A stretch of DNA of 64,000 nucleotides. Source: an uncultured bacterium. Its GTDB lineage: Bacteria > Fidelibacterota > UBA2242. The translations under genes and the position numbers were made by a program. The stretch spans positions 64,145 to 128,144 of the forward strand of contig CAZSDW010000002.1 in NCBI GenBank assembly GCA_964605705.1. The letters run 5' to 3'. Positions 26,742-35,919 of this stretch are shown one piece after another. The number at the start of each line of letters is the position of its first letter. The stretch's first letter is position 1. The notes under the pieces were generated by a model. It had not been told where the DNA came from. It saw only the letters and a program-made list of their open reading frames with translations, and made no database searches.

Positions 26742-29633
26742 ATGATTAAAAAAATATTTTGCACGATAATTGTTATGTTCCTGATTGTAAATTCTTTTTG
26801 TCAGGGAAAAGACAGTTCTGAAGAAACAAACAACAGGGAACACATCCTAATGGATTCCGGATGGTTGTTCGCCTATGGCAATTCTTTTGATGCATCAAAA
26901 GATTTCAATCACGGGACAGCTTATTTTTCCTACTTTGCCAAAGCAGGTTACGGCGACGGCGCTGCCGCTCAAAACTTTGACGACCGCGCCTGGCGGAAAC
27001 TTGATCTTCCCCACGATTGGTGTGTTGAACTGCCCTTTGATTCATTGGGAGGGCATAGCCATGGATATAAAGCTATTGGAAGGAATTTTCCTGAGAACAG
27101 CGTTGGATGGTACCGTAAATCTTTTTTTATTCCTGAATCTGACCTTGGCAAACGGATATCCATTGAATTTGACGGGGTGTTCCGTAATTCCATCGTCTGG
27201 GTAAACGGATTTTATTTGGGGACCGAACATAGCGGCTATATAAGTTTCAGATACGATATTACCGATTACCTGAATTATGGAGGCATCAATGTTATTGCTG
27301 TTCGTGTTGACGCTACAATGGAAGAGGGGTGGTTCTATGAAGGAGCGGGAATTTACCGGCATGTCTGGCTTTCAAAAACATCTCCTTTGCACGTCAAACG
27401 ATATGGTACCTTTGTCACAACAGAATTGAAGGATAAATCCGCGTTCATAACTGCCAGAACAACCGTTGTAAATGAATCCAGCAAAAACGCTGTCTTCGAT
27501 ATAGAAGAAACAATTGTGGATTCAACTGGAACAGCTATTGCGACCGGCGATCATAAACAATTGACATTAGCTGCCGGTGGCGAGAACGAATTTTTCAGCG
27601 AGTACAAAATTGACAATCCCAAATTGTGGTCTATCGAAATGCCTTACCTGCATAAACTAAAAACCGTAATCCGCTCTGCTGGAAAAGTCGTAGATAGTTA
27701 TGAAACTACTTTTGGGATTCGTACGGTAAGATTCGATGCGAATGAAGGTTTTTTCCTAAACGACAAACATGTAAAAATTATGGGTGTATGTCTTCACCAG
27801 GATCATGCCGGTGTTGGAGTTGCCATACCCGATGCTTTACAGGAGTACCGCGTTAAAAGGTTAAAAAGTATGGGCGCTAATGGCATACGCACATCGCATA
27901 ATCCGCCTGCACCGGAATTATTGGATGCCTGTGACCGCCTGGGTATGCTTGTCCTCGATGAGAACAGATTAATGGGCAGTAATGAAGAACATTTCAGTTG
28001 TCTCGAACGCCTTATAAAAAGAGACCGGAACCATCCCAGTGTAGTCTTATGGTCGTTCGGCAACGAAGAATGGGGTATTGAATCAAATATCAAGGGCGCC
28101 CGGGTTACAACTTCTATGCAAAATTTTGCCCAACTCCTCGACTCTTCGCGTGCTTTTACAGTTGCCCTTAGCGGCGGATGGGATAATGGAAGCGGAATGA
28201 TTCCACAGGTAATTGGATACAATTATATCTTTCATGGCGACATTGATGAACACCATGCAAACTTTCCCTGGCAGGCAAGTGTTGGAACAGAAGAAACCAA
28301 TACTCATCAAACACGGGGTATTTATATAACTGACGAAAACAAATCTTTTGTAGCGCCGATCGATGAACCGCCGCGAAATCTCGGAGCCGAATTCGGTTGG
28401 AAATATTACACTGACCGCCCATTCCTTTCCGGATTATTTTACTGGACTGGATTTGACTACCGGGGTGAATCGAATCCTTTTAACTGGCCTGCCGTTATCA
28501 ATCAATCCGGTAGCTTCGATTTATGCGGTTTGCAGAAAGATATTTACTATTACTATAAATCATGGTGGGGAAACGAACCGGTATTGCATATTCTGCCTCA
28601 CTGGAACTGGAAAGGAAATGAAGGCAAGGAAATAAATGTTACCGTATATAGCAATTGCGAGCAGGTAGAATTGTTCCTGAACAATAAAAGTCAGGGAAAA
28701 CAAACTATGCCGATTAACGGGCATCTCGCATGGAAAGTTAAATATCAACCCGGGATTTTACTTGCACGTGGATACAAAGGTGGTAAAAAAATTATCACGG
28801 ATAAAGTTGAAAATACTGGCAATGCCTCAAGTGTTCAACTTTCTGCTGATCGGAATATTATTAATGCTGATGGTGAAGATGTGTCCGTCATTACTGTAAA
28901 AGTTTCCGATGCCGGTGGTTTGACAGTTCCAACCGCAGATAATCAAATCAATTTTACATTGGAGGGACCGGGAAAAATAATTGGTGTTGGGAACGGCGAC
29001 CCTACTAGTCATGAACCTGACAGGTTCTTTGAGTCGGTAAAAGCGGTAAAGATTGAAAACCTGAAAGAGCTGGCTGTTGACAATCTTAATAACAGACCGG
29101 GAGTTAATCCCGGAATTGATGATTCGTCATGGAAACCGGCGTTTAAAAGCAGCAGAAATGATGATTGGCAATTATACAAGGACACTCTTCTTGTGGTTCG
29201 CGGAACTGTTGAGTTACCGGCTTTTACCGACCGCACCCAAATTAATCTTTTTACGAAAAGTATTGTTGAAGGACAATCGATTTATATAAATGGACATTTA
29301 ATTGCTGCCAATATTAAACGTGACGATCCAAATCAATCATTCCGGCTCGACCATTCCATTATAAAACCGGGTAAAAATATTTATGCTGTGGTAGGTAAAA
29401 GGTTCAGGAAAACCTATCAATGGGATGAACCGAATACCGATCCGGGGTTAATTCAAGTTATCGATCCTGCAGGTCAATGGAAAAGGAAGTTATTTAACGG
29501 TTTGGCTCAGGTACTTGTTCAATCTTCAAAACAACCCGGAGAAATAATATTGTCTGCGGTTTCATCCGGATTAAAACCGGCAGTAATTAAAATTAAAACA
29601 CAAGAAGTAGTATTAAAAGATACTCAATGGTAA
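26742..29633 (+). CDS. Glycoside hydrolase family 2 (beta-galactosidase/beta-mannosidase/beta-glucuronidase-like), secreted
   Basis: 963 aa, signal peptide, sugar-binding N-terminal region, TIM-barrel acid/base motif WSFGNEEWG. Confidence 0.8.
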   Translation: MIKKIFCTIIVMFLIVNSFCQGKDSSEETNNREHILMDSGWLFAYGNSFDASKDFNHGTAYFSYFAKAGYGDGAAAQNFDDRAWRKLDLPHDWCVELPFDSLGGHSHGYKAIGRNFPENSVGWYRKSFFIPESDLGKRISIEFDGVFRNSIVWVNGFYLGTEHSGYISFRYDITDYLNYGGINVIAVRVDATMEEGWFYEGAGIYRHVWLSKTSPLHVKRYGTFVTTELKDKSAFITARTTVVNESSKNAVFDIEETIVDSTGTAIATGDHKQLTLAAGGENEFFSEYKIDNPKLWSIEMPYLHKLKTVIRSAGKVVDSYETTFGIRTVRFDANEGFFLNDKHVKIMGVCLHQDHAGVGVAIPDALQEYRVKRLKSMGANGIRTSHNPPAPELLDACDRLGMLVLDENRLMGSNEEHFSCLERLIKRDRNHPSVVLWSFGNEEWGIESNIKGARVTTSMQNFAQLLDSSRAFTVALSGGWDNGSGMIPQVIGYNYIFHGDIDEHHANFPWQASVGTEETNTHQTRGIYITDENKSFVAPIDEPPRNLGAEFGWKYYTDRPFLSGLFYWTGFDYRGESNPFNWPAVINQSGSFDLCGLQKDIYYYYKSWWGNEPVLHILPHWNWKGNEGKEINVTVYSNCEQVELFLNNKSQGKQTMPINGHLAWKVKYQPGILLARGYKGGKKIITDKVENTGNASSVQLSADRNIINADGEDVSVITVKVSDAGGLTVPTADNQINFTLEGPGKIIGVGNGDPTSHEPDRFFESVKAVKIENLKELAVDNLNNRPGVNPGIDDSSWKPAFKSSRNDDWQLYKDTLLVVRGTVELPAFTDRTQINLFTKSIVEGQSIYINGHLIAANIKRDDPNQSFRLDHSIIKPGKNIYAVVGKRFRKTYQWDEPNTDPGLIQVIDPAGQWKRKLFNGLAQVLVQSSKQPGEIILSAVSSGLKPAVIKIKTQEVVLKDTQW

Positions 29634-29693
29634 TAAAGAAAAAGCCGGAAAACGGTTTTTAAAATAAGCTTCATCATAAGTTGTTAATTACAA

Positions 29694-29776
29694 TTTATCA
29701 GGATAACAATAGTTTTATGACCAACCCGATTATCCATGGATATTTTGCCGATCCTATCGGGAAACCTTCGCAAGGT
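29694..29776. repeat. Downstream member of the inverted-repeat pair flanking the GH2 gene (GGATAACAAT ... ACCTTCGCAAGGT)
   Basis: Shares the GGATAACAAT 10-mer with the R-M flank at 20239..20248 and the CCTT-N3-AAGG core with all four repeat copies. Confidence 0.5.
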
Positions 29777-29784
29777 CGAAGTAT

Positions 29785-32184
29785 CTATTCGTATCGCAAC
29801 GCTCGCGCCGGATTGATCAAGGCGGTTTTAATTGCCTGGTAACTGACTGTCAGGAATGCGATGACCAGAGCAGCAAAGGCAGCGATAACGAAGGCAGTAA
29901 CTCCAATGCCCGTGCGATAGGCAAAATTCTGCAGCCATTTGCTCATGACCCAGTAGGATAGTGGAATTGCAATGACATTTGACAGTAGAACCAGGCTCAG
30001 AAAATCTCTGGAAATCAGGTAAACCAAGCCGGGAACAGTCGAACCCAGCACTTTTCGAATGCCGATCTCTTTCGTCCGTTGAGTTGCCAGAAATGCGGTC
30101 AGTCCGAACAGTCCCAGGCAGGCGATAATGATTGCCAGAATTGTCAAGACAACGCTCAGCTGTCCGAATTTCTCTTCGTTATTATACAGGTTATAGATTT
30201 CCTGGTCCAGGAATGAATATTCAAAAGGACGGTCGGGCTCAAATTCCCGCCACTTCTCCTCAAGAAAAGGAATTACTTCCTGATAATTATCGGTATTAAC
30301 CCGGACACCGATGTAGCGCATAAATCCACGAAAGCGCGGCGGTACTATATCCAGAATAAAAGTTGATTCCGGTTTGTGCAGCGACATGGCTTTGAAGTTT
30401 TTGAATACACCGATTACTCGTTCATTACCGTTGCTGCGGATACTGCGACCAATGGCGTTTTCATTGGTCCAGCCGAGATGCTGTACCATGGCTTCATTGA
30501 TCATTATGGCTTCCGTCGTGTCAGCCGGAAACTCCCGGGAAAATGATCGACCGGAAACGACTTCGATGTCAAAGGTTTCCAGAAAGTCATATTTTACAAA
30601 AAATCCCGGATAGTAGAGTGGTTTATCGGGATCATATCCTTCAATAAAAAACTGGCGGGTGTTATGGTCAACGCCGAGCAGGTCTTCCATACCAACCGCA
30701 TTGACGACCTTGGGATGCTGTTTGACTTCATTGATAAAGGCTTCGTACTGGCGCAGAATTCCGGTATTGAACACTGGCATCGTAATGATATGGTCTTTCG
30801 TGAATCCCAGATCGGCGTTGCGCATATATCGAATTTGTCTGAATACGATTAGCGTTCCTATGATCAATGCGATCGAAATAGTGAATTGCACGATGACGAG
30901 TATTTTTCGGGACAATGCGCTCTTGCTGCCTTTGGATAGTGTACCTTTTAGAACCTTAACCGGCTGGAACGCGGAAAGAAAGAATGCCGGATAAAGACCG
31001 GAGCTGATTCCTAAAATGATTCCCAATCCTAACACCAGGATAAGATTTCCGGGTTTCAGGAATATCGCTGGTGTGAATAATTTGCCCGCAAAATTGTTGA
31101 ATGGTGTCAGAAGAATCAGCATGAGAATCAGGGCGACTATCAGGGCGAGGTAAGCAGTGACGATGGATTCTCCAAGGAACTGCGTAATTAACTGTGGACG
31201 ATTGGCACCCAGGACCTTTTTAATGCCGATCTCTTTGGCTCTGCCAGCCGATGCGGCAGTTGCTAAATTCATAAAATTAATGCTGGCAATTACCAGGATG
31301 AAAACCGCGATTGCCGATAAGAGATAGATGTAAGTAATGTTGCTGTTCTGCCGGATTTCGTAAACAAGGTTGGAGTGCAGGTGGATATCCGTAAGTTTTT
31401 GCAGATGAAGAGTGATATCCTGGTTAGGAAAATCAAAATAGTGATTTTGATGAAATTCAGGAAAACGTTCGACGAGTTGGGCTGGATCAACGCCATCTTC
31501 GAGTACAATATAGGTCCAGCAGGGATTCCAGATCCAGGTTTGGGGATATTGACCACCGAATATCTGGGGAATTGTGTTCATGGATGCCAGGAAATCAAAT
31601 ATAAAATGAGATTGGGTTGGCAGATCTTTAATGACTCCCGTGATCTCAAATTCGCCTTGACGCTCAACGGTTAACCTTTTTCCGAGCGGGTTCTCGTCAC
31701 CAAAATATTTCCGGGCTGTACTTTCGGTGACCAGGACGGTGAATGGTCGATCGAGAGCGCCGTCAGGATTACCAAGTATGAATTCATAATCAAATACATC
31801 GAAAACAGTGGAATCCGCCAGGAAAAACCGCCTCTCATTGAATTTTTTCTGTTCGTGCTCCACCATCAGTTTGGGTGTCTGAAAATTGAAAAACCGCACA
31901 ACATTTTTAATCATTGCCGGATAAGCTGCCTGAAGCGCAGGTCCCGCAGGCCAGGAGAGAGTCGCGGCATCTTCTTCAACACCATTGGCAATATAGAGTC
32001 GGCAAACCCGATAAATCCGTTCGGCTTTACTGTGGTATTTATCATAAGAGATTTCATCGACGATATAGAAAAGAATGAACAGAAAACTGGCAATGCCAAT
32101 CGCGAGCCCGCCGATATTTAAAAATGAATAAATCTTATATCGGAAAATACTCCGCCAGGCGATTTTCAAATAATTTTTAAACAT
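29785..32184 (-). CDS. FtsX-family ABC transporter permease (MacB/LolE-like, duplicated FtsX domains)
   Basis: 799 aa; two 4-TM FtsX modules each preceded by a large periplasmic domain; no ATPase gene adjacent. Confidence 0.85.
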   Translation of the reverse strand: MFKNYLKIAWRSIFRYKIYSFLNIGGLAIGIASFLFILFYIVDEISYDKYHSKAERIYRVCRLYIANGVEEDAATLSWPAGPALQAAYPAMIKNVVRFFNFQTPKLMVEHEQKKFNERRFFLADSTVFDVFDYEFILGNPDGALDRPFTVLVTESTARKYFGDENPLGKRLTVERQGEFEITGVIKDLPTQSHFIFDFLASMNTIPQIFGGQYPQTWIWNPCWTYIVLEDGVDPAQLVERFPEFHQNHYFDFPNQDITLHLQKLTDIHLHSNLVYEIRQNSNITYIYLLSAIAVFILVIASINFMNLATAASAGRAKEIGIKKVLGANRPQLITQFLGESIVTAYLALIVALILMLILLTPFNNFAGKLFTPAIFLKPGNLILVLGLGIILGISSGLYPAFFLSAFQPVKVLKGTLSKGSKSALSRKILVIVQFTISIALIIGTLIVFRQIRYMRNADLGFTKDHIITMPVFNTGILRQYEAFINEVKQHPKVVNAVGMEDLLGVDHNTRQFFIEGYDPDKPLYYPGFFVKYDFLETFDIEVVSGRSFSREFPADTTEAIMINEAMVQHLGWTNENAIGRSIRSNGNERVIGVFKNFKAMSLHKPESTFILDIVPPRFRGFMRYIGVRVNTDNYQEVIPFLEEKWREFEPDRPFEYSFLDQEIYNLYNNEEKFGQLSVVLTILAIIIACLGLFGLTAFLATQRTKEIGIRKVLGSTVPGLVYLISRDFLSLVLLSNVIAIPLSYWVMSKWLQNFAYRTGIGVTAFVIAAFAALVIAFLTVSYQAIKTALINPARALRYE

Positions 32185-32615
32185 CTTCCACCTTTTGAAT
32201 ATTTAATAATGCTACCATCCATCACAATAGTCCTTTTGACGAGTTGATATCCAATGTGGTTGTCCGGAAAAAATCAAACAAGAAATATTTTGAAATCAGG
32301 GAACAATTATCATAGCCACAAAATTGTAATATGGTATATATTGCGCGACAATATTGTAGATAATCGCTCCACGCGCGGCGTTTTTTTGTTGATTGGTAGT
32401 TGCCGGTTAAGTCTGTTGAAATGCTATTTTCTGGGATTTTTGAATCAAATAATAAAAGAGTGAATACATATTCGGTTTAATCAAGTATAGCGCGACAATT
32501 ATGTATTGTAGCCTATAATATATTACGAATTTGTAAGAATACTGCTACATATGATTTTATTAATTATTAACGTAAATAATTATATAACAAGTATATAAAT
32601 AGAGTAAATGACAAT

Positions 32616-32631
32616 TGGCATAGCACTTGCC
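32616..32631 (+). promoter_or_regulatory. Sigma-54 (-24/-12) promoter for glnK-amt
   Basis: TGGCAT-agcac-TTGCC matches TGGCAC-N5-TTGCW with correct spacing, ~70 bp upstream of the glnK ATG. Confidence 0.6.
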
Positions 32632-32701
32632 TTTTGACTTACTGACATTTGAGTGAAGTCAATTTATAATGCTGAATCATCTGTTATAAGGAGGATTAAA
32701 G

Positions 32702-33043
32702 ATGAAACTTATTATTGCTTATATCCAACCAGCGCGATTGAATGCTGTGAAACAGGCACTTTATGAACGTGAAGTTTATAAAATGTCGGTTACAAACGCA
32801 CTTGGCTGCGGGCAGCAGAAAGGGTATCATGAAACCTATCGCGGGGCTGATATTGAGGTCAATTTACTGAAAAAAATTCGACTGGAAATCGCAGTCAATG
32901 AAAACTTTGTCGAACAGACAATTGAAGGGATAATTGTAGGTGCGAAGACTGGTAATGTCGGTGATGGTAAAATATTTATTCAATCGTTAGAGGAGTGTAT
33001 CCGAATCCGAACCGGTGAAACTGGAAAACCGGCAATTGGTTGA
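32702..33043 (+). CDS. glnK: Nitrogen regulatory protein P-II
   Basis: 112-aa P-II fold with T-loop ([15 protein letters not shown]) and B-loop GDGKIF; adjacent to amt. Confidence 0.9.
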   Translation: MKLIIAYIQPARLNAVKQALYEREVYKMSVTNALGCGQQKGYHETYRGADIEVNLLKKIRLEIAVNENFVEQTIEGIIVGAKTGNVGDGKIFIQSLEECIRIRTGETGKPAIG

Positions 33044-33061
33044 TTAAAAAGGAGAAGAAAA

Positions 33062-34414
33062 ATGAAATTCACGTTAGCTAAAATAATTCTTATTGTATCA
33101 TTAATAATTTTATGTTCTTCGGTGTTCAGTTTTGCTCAGGAGACCGAAGAATCTTACAATCCTGACGCGGTTTTGGAAGTGCTTCAGAACAACATTAATA
33201 TCGTCTGGACTTGTGTCGCGGCGTTTCTTGTATTTTTCATGCAGGCAGGATTTGCTACAGTGGAAGCCGGATTTACCCGTGCAAAAAACACCGTCAACAT
33301 CATGATGAAAAACCTGATGGATTTTTCGATTGGCTCATTGGTATTTTTTCTGATTGGTTTTGGATTGATGTTTGGAGCAACGAATGGACTGTTTGGTACT
33401 ACCAATTTTGCTATGGCTGGATCGGATGTCGCCGGAAAGGACTGGGATTGGACATTTCTGATTTTTCAGACTGTGTTTGCCGGAACCTCCGCCACGATCG
33501 TATCCGGCGCTATGGCTGAGAGAACCAAGTTCTCCGGGTATTTGATTTACAGTGTATTTATTTGTGCATTTATTTACCCGATTTTTGGTTCATGGGCTTG
33601 GGGGTCATTATTTAATGGCGGTGGTTGGTTGGAAAATCTTGGTTTTACAGACTTTGCCGGTTCCACAGTAGTTCACTCAATCGGAGGCTGGCTGGGATTG
33701 GCTGGTGCTGTTGTTCTTGGACCGCGTATCGGTAAATATGGTCCGGACGGAAAAGCCCGGGCAATTCCGGGGCACAACATTGCCCTGGCTGCTTTGGGTG
33801 TGTTTATTCTATGGTTTGGATGGTTTGGTTTCAATCCCGGATCGACGACATTGGGCGACGGTGATATCGGACGGATTGCGATAACCACAAATCTTGCCGC
33901 GGCAGCGGGGGCAGTTGCTGCAATGTTTGCAGCCTGGATTGTCCTTGGGAAACCCGATGGCTCAATGGCATTGAATGGCACTCTGGCTGGACTGGTGGCA
34001 ATAACCGCCGGTTGCGCCAATGTAAGCCCGATTGGTGCCATCATTATTGGACTTCTTGCCGGAATCCTGGTCGTGCTAAGTGTTTTGTTCATTGATCGAG
34101 TATTAAAAGTTGATGACCCGGTTGGTGCGGTTAGTGTACACGGTGTCTGTGGCGTTTTTGGAACTTTGGCGGTTGGTCTGTTTGCCGTTGATGGTGGTTT
34201 GTTTTACGGCGGTGGTCTGCACTTACTTAGTATACAGACGCTGGGTGTTTTGGTGGCATTTGCCTGGGCATTTGGCATAGGGATGATTCTGTTCACGGCA
34301 ATTAAAAAAACCATTGGATTAAGAGTTACTGAGGAAGAGGAATTGTCAGGTCTTGATATCGGTGAACACGGTATGGAAGCTTACAGCGGATTCCAGATCT
34401 TCACCACTCAGTGA
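33062..34414 (+). CDS. amt: Ammonium transporter (Amt family) with signal peptide
   Basis: 11-TM Amt signature regions (FGFNPGS, twin-His region). Confidence 0.9.
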   Translation: MKFTLAKIILIVSLIILCSSVFSFAQETEESYNPDAVLEVLQNNINIVWTCVAAFLVFFMQAGFATVEAGFTRAKNTVNIMMKNLMDFSIGSLVFFLIGFGLMFGATNGLFGTTNFAMAGSDVAGKDWDWTFLIFQTVFAGTSATIVSGAMAERTKFSGYLIYSVFICAFIYPIFGSWAWGSLFNGGGWLENLGFTDFAGSTVVHSIGGWLGLAGAVVLGPRIGKYGPDGKARAIPGHNIALAALGVFILWFGWFGFNPGSTTLGDGDIGRIAITTNLAAAAGAVAAMFAAWIVLGKPDGSMALNGTLAGLVAITAGCANVSPIGAIIIGLLAGILVVLSVLFIDRVLKVDDPVGAVSVHGVCGVFGTLAVGLFAVDGGLFYGGGLHLLSIQTLGVLVAFAWAFGIGMILFTAIKKTIGLRVTEEEELSGLDIGEHGMEAYSGFQIFTTQ

Positions 34415-34479
34415 TGGCATTTAATGTTTTTTTAGTATAGCTAATTCTAACTATCAATTTATTATTAAGGAGAGAAACA

Positions 34480-35115
34480 ATGAAAATTCGAATAATAAGC
34501 TCATCAATGATTGTATCTGTGTTACTAAGTGTCATGACATTTGCACAGCTTGACTTTGGTGGTGATATCGTCAGCCGATATGTCTGGCGTGGAACAGATT
34601 TCGGTAATGCGGTTTCGGTACAGCCCTATTTGTCAGTTGCTATCGGTGGTATGGAGATGGGCGCCTGGGCATCCTACCCGGTTTGTGCAACTGTTGGAGC
34701 AAATGAAAATGATCTTTACATTTCATATGTTTTTGGAAATTTCGGAGTCATGATTAATGACTATTATTTCCCGGAAGGATTGGACCTTTTTAATTTCGCG
34801 GATGACGGCGCACATATTCTGGAAGGAATGTTATCGGTAGAATTCGGTGCTATTTCTGTCATGGGTGCAATGAATTTCCGGGGTGATACCGATAATTCCA
34901 TGTATGCCGAAGCCGGGTACGGTATTTGTGAAAAAGATGACATTAGTGTCTCGGCGTTCGCCGGTTTAGGTAATGGATTGTATGTGACTGATGGTGGATT
35001 TAATTTTGTCAACCTGGGAATATCTGCTTCGAAAGGTGCTTTTTCAATTGCATTTATTGTGAATCCGGAAGCGGAGACGGATTTTCTGGTTCTCGGATAT
35101 AATTTATCTTTTTAA
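34480..35115 (+). CDS. Small outer-membrane beta-barrel protein (hypothetical porin-like)
   Basis: Signal peptide, alternating hydrophobic strands, C-terminal ...GYNLSF ending in Phe. Confidence 0.45.
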   Translation: MKIRIISSSMIVSVLLSVMTFAQLDFGGDIVSRYVWRGTDFGNAVSVQPYLSVAIGGMEMGAWASYPVCATVGANENDLYISYVFGNFGVMINDYYFPEGLDLFNFADDGAHILEGMLSVEFGAISVMGAMNFRGDTDNSMYAEAGYGICEKDDISVSAFAGLGNGLYVTDGGFNFVNLGISASKGAFSIAFIVNPEAETDFLVLGYNLSF

Positions 35116-35312
35116 CAATCTGTTTAGCGGCAAGACTCGTATAATGAGATCGGATGGGATTTGAGTTTCATCCAGTCTCTTTTTTTATTGATAAGGATTA
35201 AAATCCGAGAAAACTACTGGACTTTTTAAGAATCTTCGTCTAAATTTCCGCAACGTAAACAAAGGAGCCTTTTAATCCTAACCCGTGAGTTGGAAAGGGC
35301 ATAAGAAGAAAC

Positions 35313-35348
35313 GATCCGCCTTACAGCAGGTGGATTTTTTTTATTTTT
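35313..35348 (+). terminator. Intrinsic terminator / attenuator immediately upstream of pyrR (PyrR-type pyr leader)
   Basis: Hairpin ATCCGCC-ttacagca-GGTGGAT followed by TTTTTTTTATTTTT; candidate PyrR-binding loop AAUCCUAACCCGUGAG upstream at ~35269..35300. Confidence 0.55.
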
Positions 35349-35358
35349 GGAGAGTGAA

Positions 35359-35919
35359 ATGAATTTTAAAACGAGATCCTATCTGATGGACGAACTGGCG
35401 CTGAAACGGACGGTGACCCGCTTAGCCCATGAAATCGTCGAGCGCTGTAAAGGAACGGAAAATATTGCGATTATCGGTATCCGCACCCGGGGTGAATTTC
35501 TGGCAAAACGAATTGCAAAAAATATCGAAGAGGTCGAAAAAGTTCAGATACCGGTCGGAGTCCTGGATACGGTGATGTACCGGGATGATTTTCGAATGAA
35601 AAAACATCTGCCGGCGATGGAAATTACCGAGATACCCTTTGATGTCGATGATAAAATCCTGATTCTGGTGGATGATGTCATTTATACCGGCAGAACAATT
35701 CGAGCCGCTATGGATGCCCTCATGGATTTCGGGCGACCGTCATCCATCCAATTAGCGGTATTAATTGATCGCGGGCATCGGGAACTACCGATTAAAGCGG
35801 ATTATATTGGAAAAAATGTCCCCACCGCCAAGAATGAAGAGGTACGGGTTCGTATGAAAGAAATTGATGATAAAGATGAAATCCTTTTAGTGGAGGTCGA
35901 GCATGAATCTGAGCATTAA
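35359..35919 (+). CDS. pyrR: Bifunctional pyrimidine operon attenuation regulator / uracil phosphoribosyltransferase PyrR
   Basis: PRTase fold with PRPP-binding VLLVDDVIYTGRT; SD GGAGAG before ATG 35359. Confidence 0.88.
   Translation: MNFKTRSYLMDELALKRTVTRLAHEIVERCKGTENIAIIGIRTRGEFLAKRIAKNIEEVEKVQIPVGVLDTVMYRDDFRMKKHLPAMEITEIPFDVDDKILILVDDVIYTGRTIRAAMDALMDFGRPSSIQLAVLIDRGHRELPIKADYIGKNVPTAKNEEVRVRMKEIDDKDEILLVEVEHESEH

Noticed and set aside
26875-29289. Multiple 60-140-aa ORFs on both strands inside the GH2 gene and the FtsX permease gene (e.g. 27803..28222 -, 30659..30994 +)
   Set aside because: They are fully nested within well-supported long genes and have no features, so they are treated as spurious.
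32254-32463. 69-aa ORF in the AT-rich region upstream of glnK
   Set aside because: It has low-complexity composition, no SD, and overlaps the putative enhancer-site repeats, so it is treated as regulatory DNA.
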